From the NCBI RefSeq assembly GCF_004010195.1, contig NC_057718.1, forward strand, positions 29,212,355 to 29,251,824: a stretch of DNA of 39,470 bases, given 5' to 3'. Positions within the stretch are counted from its first letter, which is position 1. Every line of letters starts with the position of its first letter. Both the position numbers and the translations under genes were made by a program. The DNA comes from Chiloscyllium plagiosum. Taxonomy: Eukaryota. This document shows, in pieces, positions 25,273 to 36,635 of the stretch. Below the pieces are notes generated by a model that was not told the DNA's origin, did not search any database, and saw only the letters and a list, made by a program, of their open reading frames with translations.

Positions 25273-25474
25273 AGTTAAAAATCACACAACACCAGGTTAT
25301 GGTTCAACAGTTTTAATTGGAAGCACTAGCTATTGGAGTGCCGCTCCTCACCACATGATGAAAGAGCAGTCCTCCGTAAGCTAGTGCTTCCAAATAAACC
25401 TGTTGGACTATAACCTGGTGTTGCGTGACTTTTAACTTTGTCCAGCCCAATCCAACACCGGCACCTCCAAGTCA
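25273..25474. mobile_element. Fold-back PLE-derived insertion (another family)
   Basis: Arms caacaccaggttat..ggaagcactagct / agctagtgcttcc..ataacctggtgttg; 12-bp TSD taactatttcat at 25261-25272 and 25475-25486; decayed core atgatgaaagagcagtcctccgtaag. Confidence 0.8.
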
Positions 25475-26319
25475 TAACTATTTCATGATATTCTTTGAAA
25501 GATAAAAAGGCAGGAGTGTAAGATTAAGCTCTAAAGTAGTTCAATTTCACAGTCACAGATACATTATCAAGCATTCACTTAAAATATTCAGAGAACCGCA
25601 GATACACTGAGTCAAACTGGCCACATCAATGTCTTGTTGGCAGTGTATAAATTTAGCCCCACTTTACCATTACATCACTAGCATCCAATCAAAAGAAAGC
25701 TGCATTAACTCAGATCTCAAGCTCTAACATGTCACTAATTACATACTGAATGATTGTACTGATTCTACTGGAAACAAGATTCTCAGAAACGGCCAACTAT
25801 ATAAAAGAATCATGAAGCTAATAGTTCTATAAAATGAGAACAAGGCATTTGAAATGTCATTGAAACTAATGAGAAAAGTCTGCATATCAAATGAAGCTCT
25901 CTGACAGATAACTGGTCATTTGGATACTCAACTCCTTCTGGCAATTGAGGCAGTCTAATCAACATTTGTAGCTAATACACACTTTCATAAACATTATTCA
26001 AGAATTACTGTTCTATCTCACAGACATAGCAAGATATACAACATTATGACACTGAGCTTCAGGCTGCAGCATTGATTCACAGCAATGTTCTGTGACATTA
26101 CTGAATTGAGTCAATAGTGGAAAATGGAACACTGTGAGACAAGCTTAGGATGATGCACATTATCTAATGCTAGCAGGTTGTTGAGGAGAGAATTGGCACA
26201 TCTTTACATGTAGAAATGCATAGACTTGTCTCTTGCTTTTTGTATTTAAAAAATATGTTCAACATGGTCAGCTGGTTCAGAAATAAAAAAACTTACAAAA
26301 TGTTTCATTTCAGCCTTAC

Positions 26320-26398
26320 CATTCTGAAATTCTGTGTGGGTCTTGTTTCCATAGCTCTTAATATTTCCCGCATTTGTTTTATTCCCTTGGCTAGGTTC
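26320..26398 (-). CDS. TTC7A: Tetratricopeptide repeat protein 7A, internal exon (79 bp; equivalent to human exon 6)
   Basis: Acceptor tctttgtcacag, donor gtaagg. Translates (x)NLAKGIKQMREILRAMETRPTQNFRM, matching TTC7A [26 protein letters not shown] and TTC7B NLTRGVGRFRELLRAVETRTTQNLRM. Ends phase 0. Confidence 0.88.
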
Positions 26399-26899
26399 CT
26401 GTGACAAAGAAACATAATAGATTTGTTGCTCTGTTAATCCTAAAGCAATCTCTCCTATATCACAGCAAGAACTACCTCTTTTTAAAAAGAACATAAATGA
26501 CTTTGGGATATTCCAACATTTTGTGAAAGGTATTTTAAATATAAATATTTTTCTTACTTCCACATCATTCAACTACTCTGTCAGTAAAAGACTACTTTAA
26601 TAAGTTGTCATTCTTCATTTCATAAATGCCATGCACATTCCTCTAAACTAATTATTCCTTAGGTGCCAAAAGACTCAAAATGCATTCAATCCTGAGTTAC
26701 CAGATGATCTGCATCGTGAAAATGCCTTATATAACATCTACACAAGAACATGAATATATGTGTAAAGACCATACCTTTTTCATTTTTGTATTTTTGACTG
26801 CAGACTGATATGGGAAAAGGACTGATTAAAAAAAGACCAAGGTTTGACAAAGGGATTACTGCACCTTCAAAAAGCAAGTTACTACACTCTTTGGGAGTG

Positions 26900-27560
26900 A
26901 CATTTGCAGTATTACTTGTTAAAGCAGTGGGGGAAGGTTAATTACAGATTTTGCAAATATCCTTTGTGTCAGCCAATCTGGCCAGCAAGTAGCTCATTGG
27001 TCTGAGAAGTGATAATCAGTTGTTGATAACAAAGGTCTTCTGCCTGACAAAAACCATGTGATTGGTTCCGAGATAGGTGAACAGTTTGTGGTTGTGAATG
27101 AGAAGCCTTCGGACCTATAGATGGCATCTCTCTTTGTAGTAAGTGAAGTCCCCGAAAGCCTGAAGGAAGCCAGTTTATTTTTCCTCACCAGTTGCTGGAA
27201 GCTGTGGCTTTTAACCAATAACCAAGAGATTTTTGTGAACCAGTTGTTCTGTTTCTCCAGCAAATAAGAAGCACCCTGAGGACAGCAATTATTAACAACA
27301 AATCTTGACAAGCAAGAGGATCATTTCATGTTGAACTACCTTTTAGTTTTTCCCTCCACCCCTTACACCAACATGTTTGTGTAAACCTTTTCTGTGTGGG
27401 GGCTTTTTTTCTTTAATAAGGAGTTCAGACTTTTAACTAGTAGAGTTAAATATCAACAGTCCATAGTTGTTTACATGTAGCAAGAATGTTTTTTTTTGTA
27501 ATAAACAGCAATTCATGTTAAGTACAGAAACTTGGAATTAAAACAGCTGGGTGTTTGATG
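26900..27560 (+). repeat. Interspersed repeat, probable solo LTR (related to 5850-6550)
   Basis: Alignable by eye to the reverse complement of 5850-6550; AATAAA near 27500; boundaries approximate. Confidence 0.5.
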
Positions 27561-27929
27561 ATCAATGCAGACACAATGTACTTATAGTATTTGAGAGATA
27601 ATTTACTGACAGGTTGTTTACCCAAGTGATTAAGTGGCTCAAGTGATGCCATGTTTGGTTATTATCTCACTCAAACAAAAGTATTTAGGACACTAGCATA
27701 AAACTAAAAAGTTTACCTACTTGCCATTTGGTATTCCATTAATGGTGTAAATATTAGATAGCTATTATTCAGTCACCCTTGAATTTATCAATTAACAATT
27801 TCAACAAACTTAATTATGAGTGTTTATAACAATGGACAGGTAGATTTGAAGTTAGTATATAACAAGCAATCCATAAATTGGGCATTTAATTTGGGACATT
27901 AGCACAATTAGAATCTGAGTTTCAAGGAA

Positions 27930-28290
27930 GCATAGATATAGTAGCAATTCACTCGACGAGTAATCTGGAGACCCAGGATAATGCTCTGGGAACAAAGGCT
28001 CAGAAGATTCCACAAAGAGAGATGGTGAATTCATTACCAATCAGGAATTTAAAACAAAACTAGCCTAAGGGTGATTATGGAACCAGTTCATTGTCATAAA
28101 AATCCACCTTGTTCATAAATGTCCTTCATGGAAGGAGACCAGTCACCCTTACTCTGTCTGGCTTACATGTGACTCCAGACACACAGCAATGCAGCTGTCT
28201 CCTAAATGGCCCAGCAAGCCACTCAACAGCAATTAAGGATAGGATGCAGCAAGCAGTAGCCACAGCCCATGAACAAATTAAAACAAATAT
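27930..28290 (+). mobile_element. tRNA-headed bipartite SINE, diverged copy
   Basis: gagacccaggataatgctctggg..ggcttacatgtgactccagac..gcaattaaggatagg. Confidence 0.7.
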
Positions 28291-28369
28291 TATAGAAGGC
28301 AGTGATTTGGTCTATGGTGGAACTCTTTGAAAAAGATATCCAGTTAGCCTTTTCCTTTTCTGACAGGCC

Positions 28370-28560
28370 TGTAAAGTTCCCCCTTTAATTATATATCCAA
28401 TTCCCTTTGAAACGTTACTCTTGCATCAGCTTCCATCAACCTATTAGGCAATGCATTCGTAATCATAATTTGCTGCATTAAAATAATTATCTTCATCTTA
28501 CTTCTGTTCTTTTTGACAATTAATTTAAACTTAGGTCCCCTGGTTATTGAACCTTCTGTT
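28370..28560 (-). mobile_element. Old CR1 3' fragment
   Basis: TRGPKFKL..NALP..EAD..TFQRELD. Confidence 0.6.
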
Positions 28561-28584
28561 CTTGAGGTCAAGAATAGCATTAGA

Positions 28585-29055
28585 TTAAAATGTTGCAAAG
28601 AATACTAATAAGTGTGAGGAATGCAAGTGCTTTAAAAAAACAGTAAAGAAACCAAGAAGTTAATAATAAAGGAAAAGATAAAATGAGAACAAACTAGGCA
28701 GGAATTCAAAAAAAGCACTTTATCACAGCTTTGTAAGTATGTAAAAGGAAAGTAGCTAAATTAAACATAGATTCCTTAGAAACAGAAACAGGAGAAATTA
28801 TCATCAGAATGAGGAAATGGCAAGGACATAAAAAAACATTTTGTGTCAGTCTTCACAGAAGAAATGAGTTGCACATTAAAAATTAAGGGCAAATTAGCAT
28901 GAGGAAATTAGGCTATTTAATATCAATAGTGAATGAATACCAGAGAAATTCAAGTGTCTAAAATCTAACAAGTGTTCAAGACCTGATGGCCTATATCCTA
29001 AGAGAGATGGCTAGAGACATAATGAACACATTGGTTGTGATTTTCCAAATATTGC
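28585..29055 (+). mobile_element. Old CR1 ORF2 fragment (EN-RT linker)
   Basis: FVSVFTEE and K.S.PDGLYP remnants. Confidence 0.6.
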
Positions 29056-29075
29056 AATAGTCTGAACTGTTATCG

Positions 29076-29515
29076 AGTCATAGTGTCAATTCGTCCACAC
29101 CAACCAGCCCATATCCCTCTAAACCCTTTCTATTCATATACCCTGCCAGATGCTGTTTAAATGTTGCAATTGTTCCAACCTCCACCACTTCCTCTGGCAA
29201 CTCAGTCCATACAGGCACCACGTTCTGCGTGAAAACATTGCCCCTAAGGTCCATTTTAAATCTTTCCCTTCTCACCCTAAACCTACGCCTTCTAGTTCTG
29301 GACTCCCCCACACCAGGGAAAAGACCTTGTCTATTAATCCTATCCATGCTCATGATTTTATAAACCTCTAGAAGGTCACCCCTCAGCCTCCAACGCTCCA
29401 GGGAAAACAGCACAGCTTATTCAGCCTCTCCCTTATAGCTCAAACCCTCCAACCCTGGCAACATTCTTATAAATCTTTCCTGAACCCTTTCAAGTTTCAA
29501 AACATCCTTCCGATA
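29076..29515 (-). mobile_element. CR1 3' fragment
   Basis: LFSLERWRLRGDLLEVYKIM..RGNVFTQ..FKQHL. Confidence 0.9.
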
Positions 29516-29519
29516 GTCC

Positions 29520-32500
29520 ATCAGAGCACAGGAAGAAGGAGCAGAAGTAGGTCAGCTCTACTATTCAATGAGATCATGGCTAACCTGATTATCCTCAACT
29601 CCAATTTCCTGTTTTCTGGGTAATCCAAGATGGAGGATGGGAAAAATTTCTGGCTGTAACAGGCTGCTCCTTTTTTGAGGTTTTCGAGGTTTGGAGGTGA
29701 TTTCCTCAAATTCCAGGAGCAGCAATTACTGTTGTATATGCTGTTACATCGTTTTGGAACTTTAGAGGAAAAAAGTCAACATAACAGTACTTTTAAGAGG
29801 GAGAGGAACAGACAAAGGCAGCACATGGTGAGGTCGGTGTAGAAGACAGATAGAGAAAGAAACCCACACTGCTCTCTGACACAGCAGTGAACCTGTGCAG
29901 TTACTGCCTTTGCTGTTTAATTTATGTATCAATGGACGCCAGAGTGCATCTGCGAAGACTAACAAACAGTGAAATTCACAACTGATCATGGAGTAAACTG
30001 TTTGGGAAAGCTCAAAGCACAGAAACAGATAAGTCAATAGTTTGAAGTGTGTCCTTGGGGCCTAGCTGTAAGTCTGTAGTAGTGAATAGAGTGGGTTCTT
30101 TCTTGATTATATGTTTTATTGAGATATGTCCCTTGAAAGTATAAGCAATAAGTATTAAGTTAGCCTGAAGCAGTATTTTACAGAGGAATAAGAGAGGGCT
30201 ATTTTCTAGGTCTGCAGATTGGATGAAGCAAAAATGGCCTTTAGTAGAGTGATTTGCTCTTCTTGTCAGATATGGGAGTTGAGGGAGAGTTTACATGTTA
30301 CGGAGGATTATATCTGCAATAAGTGCCATTGATTATGAATCTTATCAGGTCAAATGGAACGGTTGGAGTGACAAATTTACAAGAGCAAGGGGATGTGATG
30401 GATGGCAGTTACAGAAAGGGAGAGAAACGTTGCAGATGCAGTCACATAGTTGGGTTAACTTCCAGAAAGGTCAAAGTGGTAGGCAGGTAGTGCAGGAGTC
30501 TTCTGTGGCTATGCCCATTTCAAACAAGTATGCTGTTTTGGAAAATGTAGGGGATGATGGATTCTCAGGGGAATGTAGCACGAACAACCAAGTTTCTGGT
30601 ATCAGATTGGCTTTAATGTAATGAGGGGTACGTCGGGTTCCAAGAGATCGATTGTGTTAGGGTCTCTCTCGTCCAAGGTACAGACAGACTTTTCTGTGGC
30701 CAGCAGTGAAAAATCAGATTGGTGTGTTGCTTCCCTGGTGCCAGGATCAAGGATGACTCAGAGAGGGTGCAGAATGTTCTCACGGGGGAAAGGGGCCAGC
30801 AGGAGGTCATCATACACATTGGAACCATGACATAGGAAGGGAAAAGGTTGAGATTATGAAGCGAGATTACAGAGAGTTACGCAGGAATATACAAAGGAGG
30901 TTCTCGAGAGTAGTAATATCTGGATTACTCCCAGTGCTACAAGCAAGTGAGGATAGGAATAGGAGGATAGAGCAGATGAATGTATGGCTGAGGAGCAGTT
31001 GTATGGGAGAAGGATTCACATTTTTGAATCATTGGAATCTCTTCTGGGGTAGAAGTGACCTGTGCAAGGAGGACGGGTTGCATCTAAATTGGAAGGGGAC
31101 TAATATACTGGCAGGGAGATTTGCTAGAGCTGCTCGGGAAGATTTAAACTAGGAAGGTGGAGGGGTGGGACCCAGAAAGTTAGTGAGGAAAGAGATCAAT
31201 CTGAGACTGGTACAGTTGAAAACAAAGGCGAGAGCAGGCAGGTACAAAGCAGAGAACAAGGTAGGACTGATAAATTAAACAGCATTTACTTCAATGCAAG
31301 GGGCCTAACAGGGAAGGCAGATGAACTCAGGGCATGGTTAAGAACATGGGACTGGGATATATAGCAATTACAGAAACATGGTTCAGGGATGAACAGGACT
31401 GACAGCTTAACATTTCAGGATACAAATGCTACAGGAAAGATAGAAAGGGAGGCAAGAGAGGAAGAAGTGTGGTATTTTTGATAATGAAATACATCTGGGG
31501 AAGTTATTTGGGTGGAACTGAGAAATAAGAAAGGGATGATCATCTTAATGGGATGGTATTATAAACCGCCTAATAGTCAGAGGGAAATTGAGAAACAAAC
31601 TTGTAAGGAGATCTCAGTTACTTGTAAGAATAATAGGGTGGTTATGGTAGGGTATTTTAACTTTTTAAACATAGACCAGGACTGCCATAGTGTTAAGCGT
31701 TCAGATGGAGAGGAAGTTGTTAAGCATGTTAACAAGAAAATTTTCTGTTTCAATATGTGGTTGTACCTAGTAGAGAAGGTGCAAAACCTGACCTACTCTT
31801 GGGAAATAAGGCAGGGCAGGTGACTGAGGTGTCAATGGGGTAGCACTTTGGGACCAGTGACCATAATTCTATTAGTTTTAAAGTAGTAATGGTAGACCAG
31901 ATCCAAAAGTTGAAGTTCTAAATTGGAGAAAGGCCAAATTTGACGGTATTAGGCAAGAACTTTCAAAAGCTGATTAGCTGCAGATGTTCGCAGGTAAAGG
32001 GACAGCTGGAAAATATGAAGCCTTCAGAAATGAGATAACAAGGGTGCAGAGACTGTATATTCCTGTTAGGATGAAAGGGAAGGCTGGTAGATGTAGAGAA
32101 TGCTGGATGATGAAAGAAATTTGAGGGTTAGGTTAAAAAAAAGAAGAAAGCATATGTCAGGCATAGACAGGATAGACCGAATGAACCCTTTGAAGAGTAT
32201 CAAGGCAGTAGAAATATACTTAACAGGGAAATCAGGAGGGCAAAAAGATAGCTTTGGCAAATCGAGTTAAGGAGAATCCAAAGGGTTTTTACAAATACAT
32301 TAAGGACAAAAGGGTAGCTAGGGAGAGAATAGGGTCCCTCAAAGATCAGCAAGGCAGCCTTTGTGTGGAGCAACCGGAGATGGGGGAGATACTAAATGAG
32401 TATTTTGTATCAGTGTTTACTGTGGAAAAGGACATGGAAGATATAGAATGTACGGAAATAGATGGTGACATCTTGAAAAATGTCCATATTACAGAGGAGG

Positions 32501-35055
32501 AAGTGCTGGATGTCTTGAAACGCATAAAGGTGGATAAATCCCCAGGACCTGATCAGGACCTAGAACTCTGTGGGAAGCTAGAAAAATGATTGCTGGGCCC
32601 CTTGCTGAGATATTTGTATCATCGATAGTCACAGGTGAGGTATCAGAAAACTGAAGGTTGGCTAATGTGGTGCCACTGTTTAAGAAGCGCGGTAAAGACA
32701 AGCCAGGGAACTATAGACCAGTGAGCCTGACGTCGGTGGTGGGCAAGTTGTTGGAGGGAATCCTGAGGGACAGGATGTACATGTATTTGGAAAAGCAAGG
32801 ACTGATTGGGATAGTCAACATGGCTTTGTGAGTGGGAAATCATGTCTCACAACTTGATTGAGTTTTTTGAAGAAATAATGAAAAGGATTGATGAGGGCAT
32901 GGCGGTAGATGTGATCTATATGAACTTCAGTAAGGTGTTCGACAAGGTTCCCCATGGGAGGTTAGATCTCATGGAGTACAGGGAGAACTAGCCATTTGGA
33001 TACAGAACTGGCTCAAAAGTAGAAGACAGAGGGTGGTGGTAGAGGGTTGTTTTTCAGATTGGAGGCCTGTGACCAGTGGAGTGCCACAAGATTGGTGCTG
33101 GGTCCACTACTTTTTGTGATTTATATAAATGATTTGGATGTGAGCTTAAGAAGCATAGTTAGTAAATTTGCCGATGACACCAAAATTGGGGGTGTAGTGG
33201 ACAGTGAAGAAAGTTACCTCAGATTACAATGGGATCTTGATCAGATGAGCCAATGGGCTGAGGAGTGGCAGATGGAGTTTAATCTAGAAAAATGCGAGGT
33301 GGTGCATTTTGGAAAAGCAAATCTTAGCAGGACTTATACACTTAATGGAAGTGTTGCTGAACAAAGAGACCTTGGATTGCAGGTTGAGAGCTACTTGAAA
33401 GTAGAGTTGCAGGTAGATAGGATAGTGAAGGCGGTGTTTGTTGTGCTTTCCTTTATCGGTCACAGTATTGAATGCAAGAATTGGGAGGTCATATTGCAGC
33501 TGTACAGGACATTGGTTAGGCCACTTTTGAAATGGTGCGTGCAATTCTGGTCTCCTTCCTATCTGAAAGATGTTGTAAAACTTGAAAGGGTTCAGAAAAA
33601 ATTTACAAAGATGTTGCCAGGGTTGGAGGATTTGAGCTATGGGCACAGGTTGAATAGGCTGGGGCTGTCTTCCCTGGACCATCGAAGACTGAGGGGTGAC
33701 CTCATAGAGGTTTATAAAATCATGAGGGGCATGGATAGGATAAACAGACAAGGTTTTTTTCCCTGGGGTGGGGGAGTCCAGGGCATAGGTTTAGGGTGAA
33801 AGGGGAAAGATATAAAAGAGACCTAAGGTACGACATTTTCACACAAAGGGTAGTGCGTGTGTGGAATGGGCTGCTAGAGGAAGTGGTGGAGGCTGCAATA
33901 TTTAAAAGGCATCTGGATGGGTATATGAATAGGAAGGGTTTGGGGGTATAGGGGCTGGGTGCTGGCAAGTGGGGCTAGATTGGGTTGGGATATCTGGTCA
34001 GCATGGACGAGTTGGACCGAAGGGTCTGTTTCCATGTTGTACATCTCTATAACTCTGTAACTGTTGATTTCCATAATGATTAAATCTGTCGATGTCAACC
34101 TTAAATATACTTAACAACAGGTTTGCTGAATCCCATGACAAATGTCAACTGCAAAAGCTCACCTTCGGTTCTTTCAGACTGCACAGTTGTGCCATAAAGC
34201 CAATTTCTTAAAAATGAAAGAATATTCTGGTTCCCTTTTCACAGATGATACTCTTTCATCTGATTTTGGTTTTCCATTTATATACTTTTTTAGTATCACT
34301 CTTTATTTAAATAAATCACTCTTTATTTAAATCACTCAGAAATCTTTTTGCTACTCCTGCACACATTCCTGAGTATCTGCAAGTACAATCTATACTTAAT
34401 GACCCAACCTCTACAGACCTCTTCAGTAAAGAATTCCATAGACTGACTACCTTCAGAGAAAGGTCCCTCCTTGTCTCTGTCTTAAATTGGCAGTGACTTC
34501 CTCGGAGATCATGCTCTCTGGAATTAGGCTCTCTCACAAGGGCAAACAACCTCCCAGTATCTACTCAATCAAGGCCTATAACAATTTTACTTGTTTCAAT
34601 AAAGTCGTCTTTCATTCTGCTAAACTCTAATGAGTAAAGGCCAAACATACTCCATGACTTCTCATACAGAAATCCCTCCATACCCAGTATCAATCTCGTG
34701 AACCTTCTCTTCCTCCAACACCTGTATATCTTTTCTTAGATAAGGTGAACAAAATTGTTCACAATACTTTGAACAGGTGTGGTCTGACTAATGCTTTGCA
34801 CAGCTTTAGCAACACCTCTTTATTTATACTCCATTTTCTTTGATATAAAGGTCACCAGTCCATTTTCCTTCCCCATTTCCTGCTAAACTTGGATACTAGC
34901 ATTATATAATTTATGCACAAGGACCCTCAAATCCTTTTGTGCTGCAACTTTCTGCTGTCTTGCCCCAGTTAAATCATGTTCAATTCTCTAATCTTCCTGC
35001 CAAATTCCATAATGTCCCCACATTATATTGTCTCTGTGAAGTGTTTGCTCACTCA
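29520..35055 (-). mobile_element. Older CR1 fragment split by two later insertions (pieces 29520-29615, 34059-34114, 34391-35055)
   Basis: The three pieces read as one continuous CR1 3' UTR plus ORF2 C-terminus (KVVSLWNSL) when the inserts are removed. Confidence 0.6.
29620..34058 (+). mobile_element. Near full-length, inactivated CR1 LINE
   Basis: 5' UTR; ORF1 from 30234 (CSSC..CNKC zinc finger, then SGNH esterase: PGARIKD, HIGT, VVISGLLP, DGLHLN) to 31152; ORF2 EN (YFNARGL, AITETW, YYKPPNS) and RT (NYRPVSLTS, KFADDTK); tail ctctataactctgtaact. Many stops and frameshifts. Confidence 0.95.
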
Positions 35056-35059
35056 CTGG

Positions 35060-36525
35060 GTTGGAGGTAGCCTGGTGGTATTGTTGGTTGACAGTTAATC
35101 TAGAAACTCAGCTAATGTCCCATGATAGAATTCCGCCACAGCAAATGGTGGAATTTGAATGAGACTTTTTATATTAAAAAAATCTGGAATTAAGAATCTA
35201 CTGATGACTATAAAATCATTGTCAGAAAAACCCATTTGGTTCACTAATGCCCTTCAGGGAAGGAAATCTGCCATCCTCACCTGGCCTGGCCTACATGTCA
35301 CTCCAGACCTACAGCAATGTAGTTGACTCTCAACTGCCCTCTGAAATGGCATAACATGCATTCAGTTGTACCAATTACTACAAAGTCTCAAAGAAATGAA
35401 ACCAGACAGATCACTTGGCATCGACCTAGGCAACAGAAAAGAATGGCAGAAACAGCACTGTGGACCCTGCAAAGTCCTCCTCATTAACATCTGGGAGCTA
35501 GTTCCAAAACTGGGAGAACTGTCTCACAGACTAGTCAAGCAACAGTCTGACATGGTCATACTCAACAGAATCACACCTCGCCATATCCCAGACAGCACCA
35601 TCATCATCCCTGGATAAAACCTGTCTCACCAGTAGGACTGACCCAGCAGAGGTGCCAGCACAGTGGTATACAGTCAGGGAGGTGTTGCTCAGGGGGTCCT
35701 CAAAATTGACTATGGACCCCATGAAGTCTCATGGCTTCCAGTTAAGCATGGGCAAGGAAACCTCCAGCTGATTACCACATATGATCCTCCCTCAGCTGAT
35801 GAATCTGTACTCCTCTATGTTGAACAACACTTAGAGGAAGCACTGAGAATGACAAGGGCAGAAAATGTACTCTGGGCGGGACATTTCAATGTCCATCACC
35901 AAGAGTGGCTCAGCAGCAGCAGTGATCAAGTTGGTCAAGTCCGAAAGGACATTGCTGCTAGACTGGGTCTGTGGCATGTGGTGAGGGAACCAACAAAAGG
36001 GAAAACCATACCTGACCTTATTCTTACTAATCTGCCAGCTGCAAATGCATCTGTTCATGACAGTATCAGTAAGAGTGACCTCTAAACAGTCCTTGTGGAG
36101 ATAACGTACTACCTTAACATTTGAGAATAACCTCCATCATATTGCTATCACCATGCTAAATGGGACAGACGTCCAACCGATCTAGCAACTCAAGACTGGG
36201 CATCCCCAAGGCACTTTGGACCATCAACAGCAGCAGACTTCTACTCCAGCACAATCTGTAACCTCATGGCCAGGCATATGTCCTACTCAAACACTACCAT
36301 CAAATCAGGGGATCATCTCTGTTTCAACATAGTGTGCAAGAGGCATAACTGAAGATAAGGTGTCAACTTGGTGAAGCCACCCAACGAGAATACTTTAATG
36401 TCAAACAGCATAATCAGCAAGGGATAGACAGAGCTAAGCGATCCCACAACCAACACATCAGATCCAAGCTCTGCAGTCCTGCCATAACCAGTTGTGAATG
36501 GTGATGGACAATTAAACAACTCACT
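35060..36525 (+). mobile_element. 5' part of a LINE with tRNA-like head and APE endonuclease
   Basis: Head matches the SINE at 20008-20330. EN motifs start ~35480: DMVIL, ITTYDPPS, GHFNVHH, PT.G...DLILTN, SDL. Confidence 0.8.
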
Positions 36526-36527
36526 GG

Positions 36528-36635
36528 TTGAACTGAATTGAATTGAATTGAATTTATTGTCACATGTACTGAGGCACAAGGAAAAGCTTTGTCTTGTGAA
36601 CAATACAGGCAGATCATGTGGTTAAAAGCATAGAT
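36528..36635 (-). mobile_element. LINE 3' tail fragment (Rex1/L2-like)
   Basis: Minus strand ends tgtgacaataaa(ttcaa)n. Confidence 0.55.

Noticed and set aside
34160..34290. Candidate upstream TTC7A exon (minus-strand gtgagc donor)
   Set aside because: It has a stop in the required phase and no TTC7 similarity. I found neither exon 5 nor exon 10 in the window.
36528..36553. (TTGAA)n and similar short tandem repeats as independent arrays or CRISPR-like repeats
   Set aside because: They are LINE 3' tails with no spacers, in a eukaryotic context.
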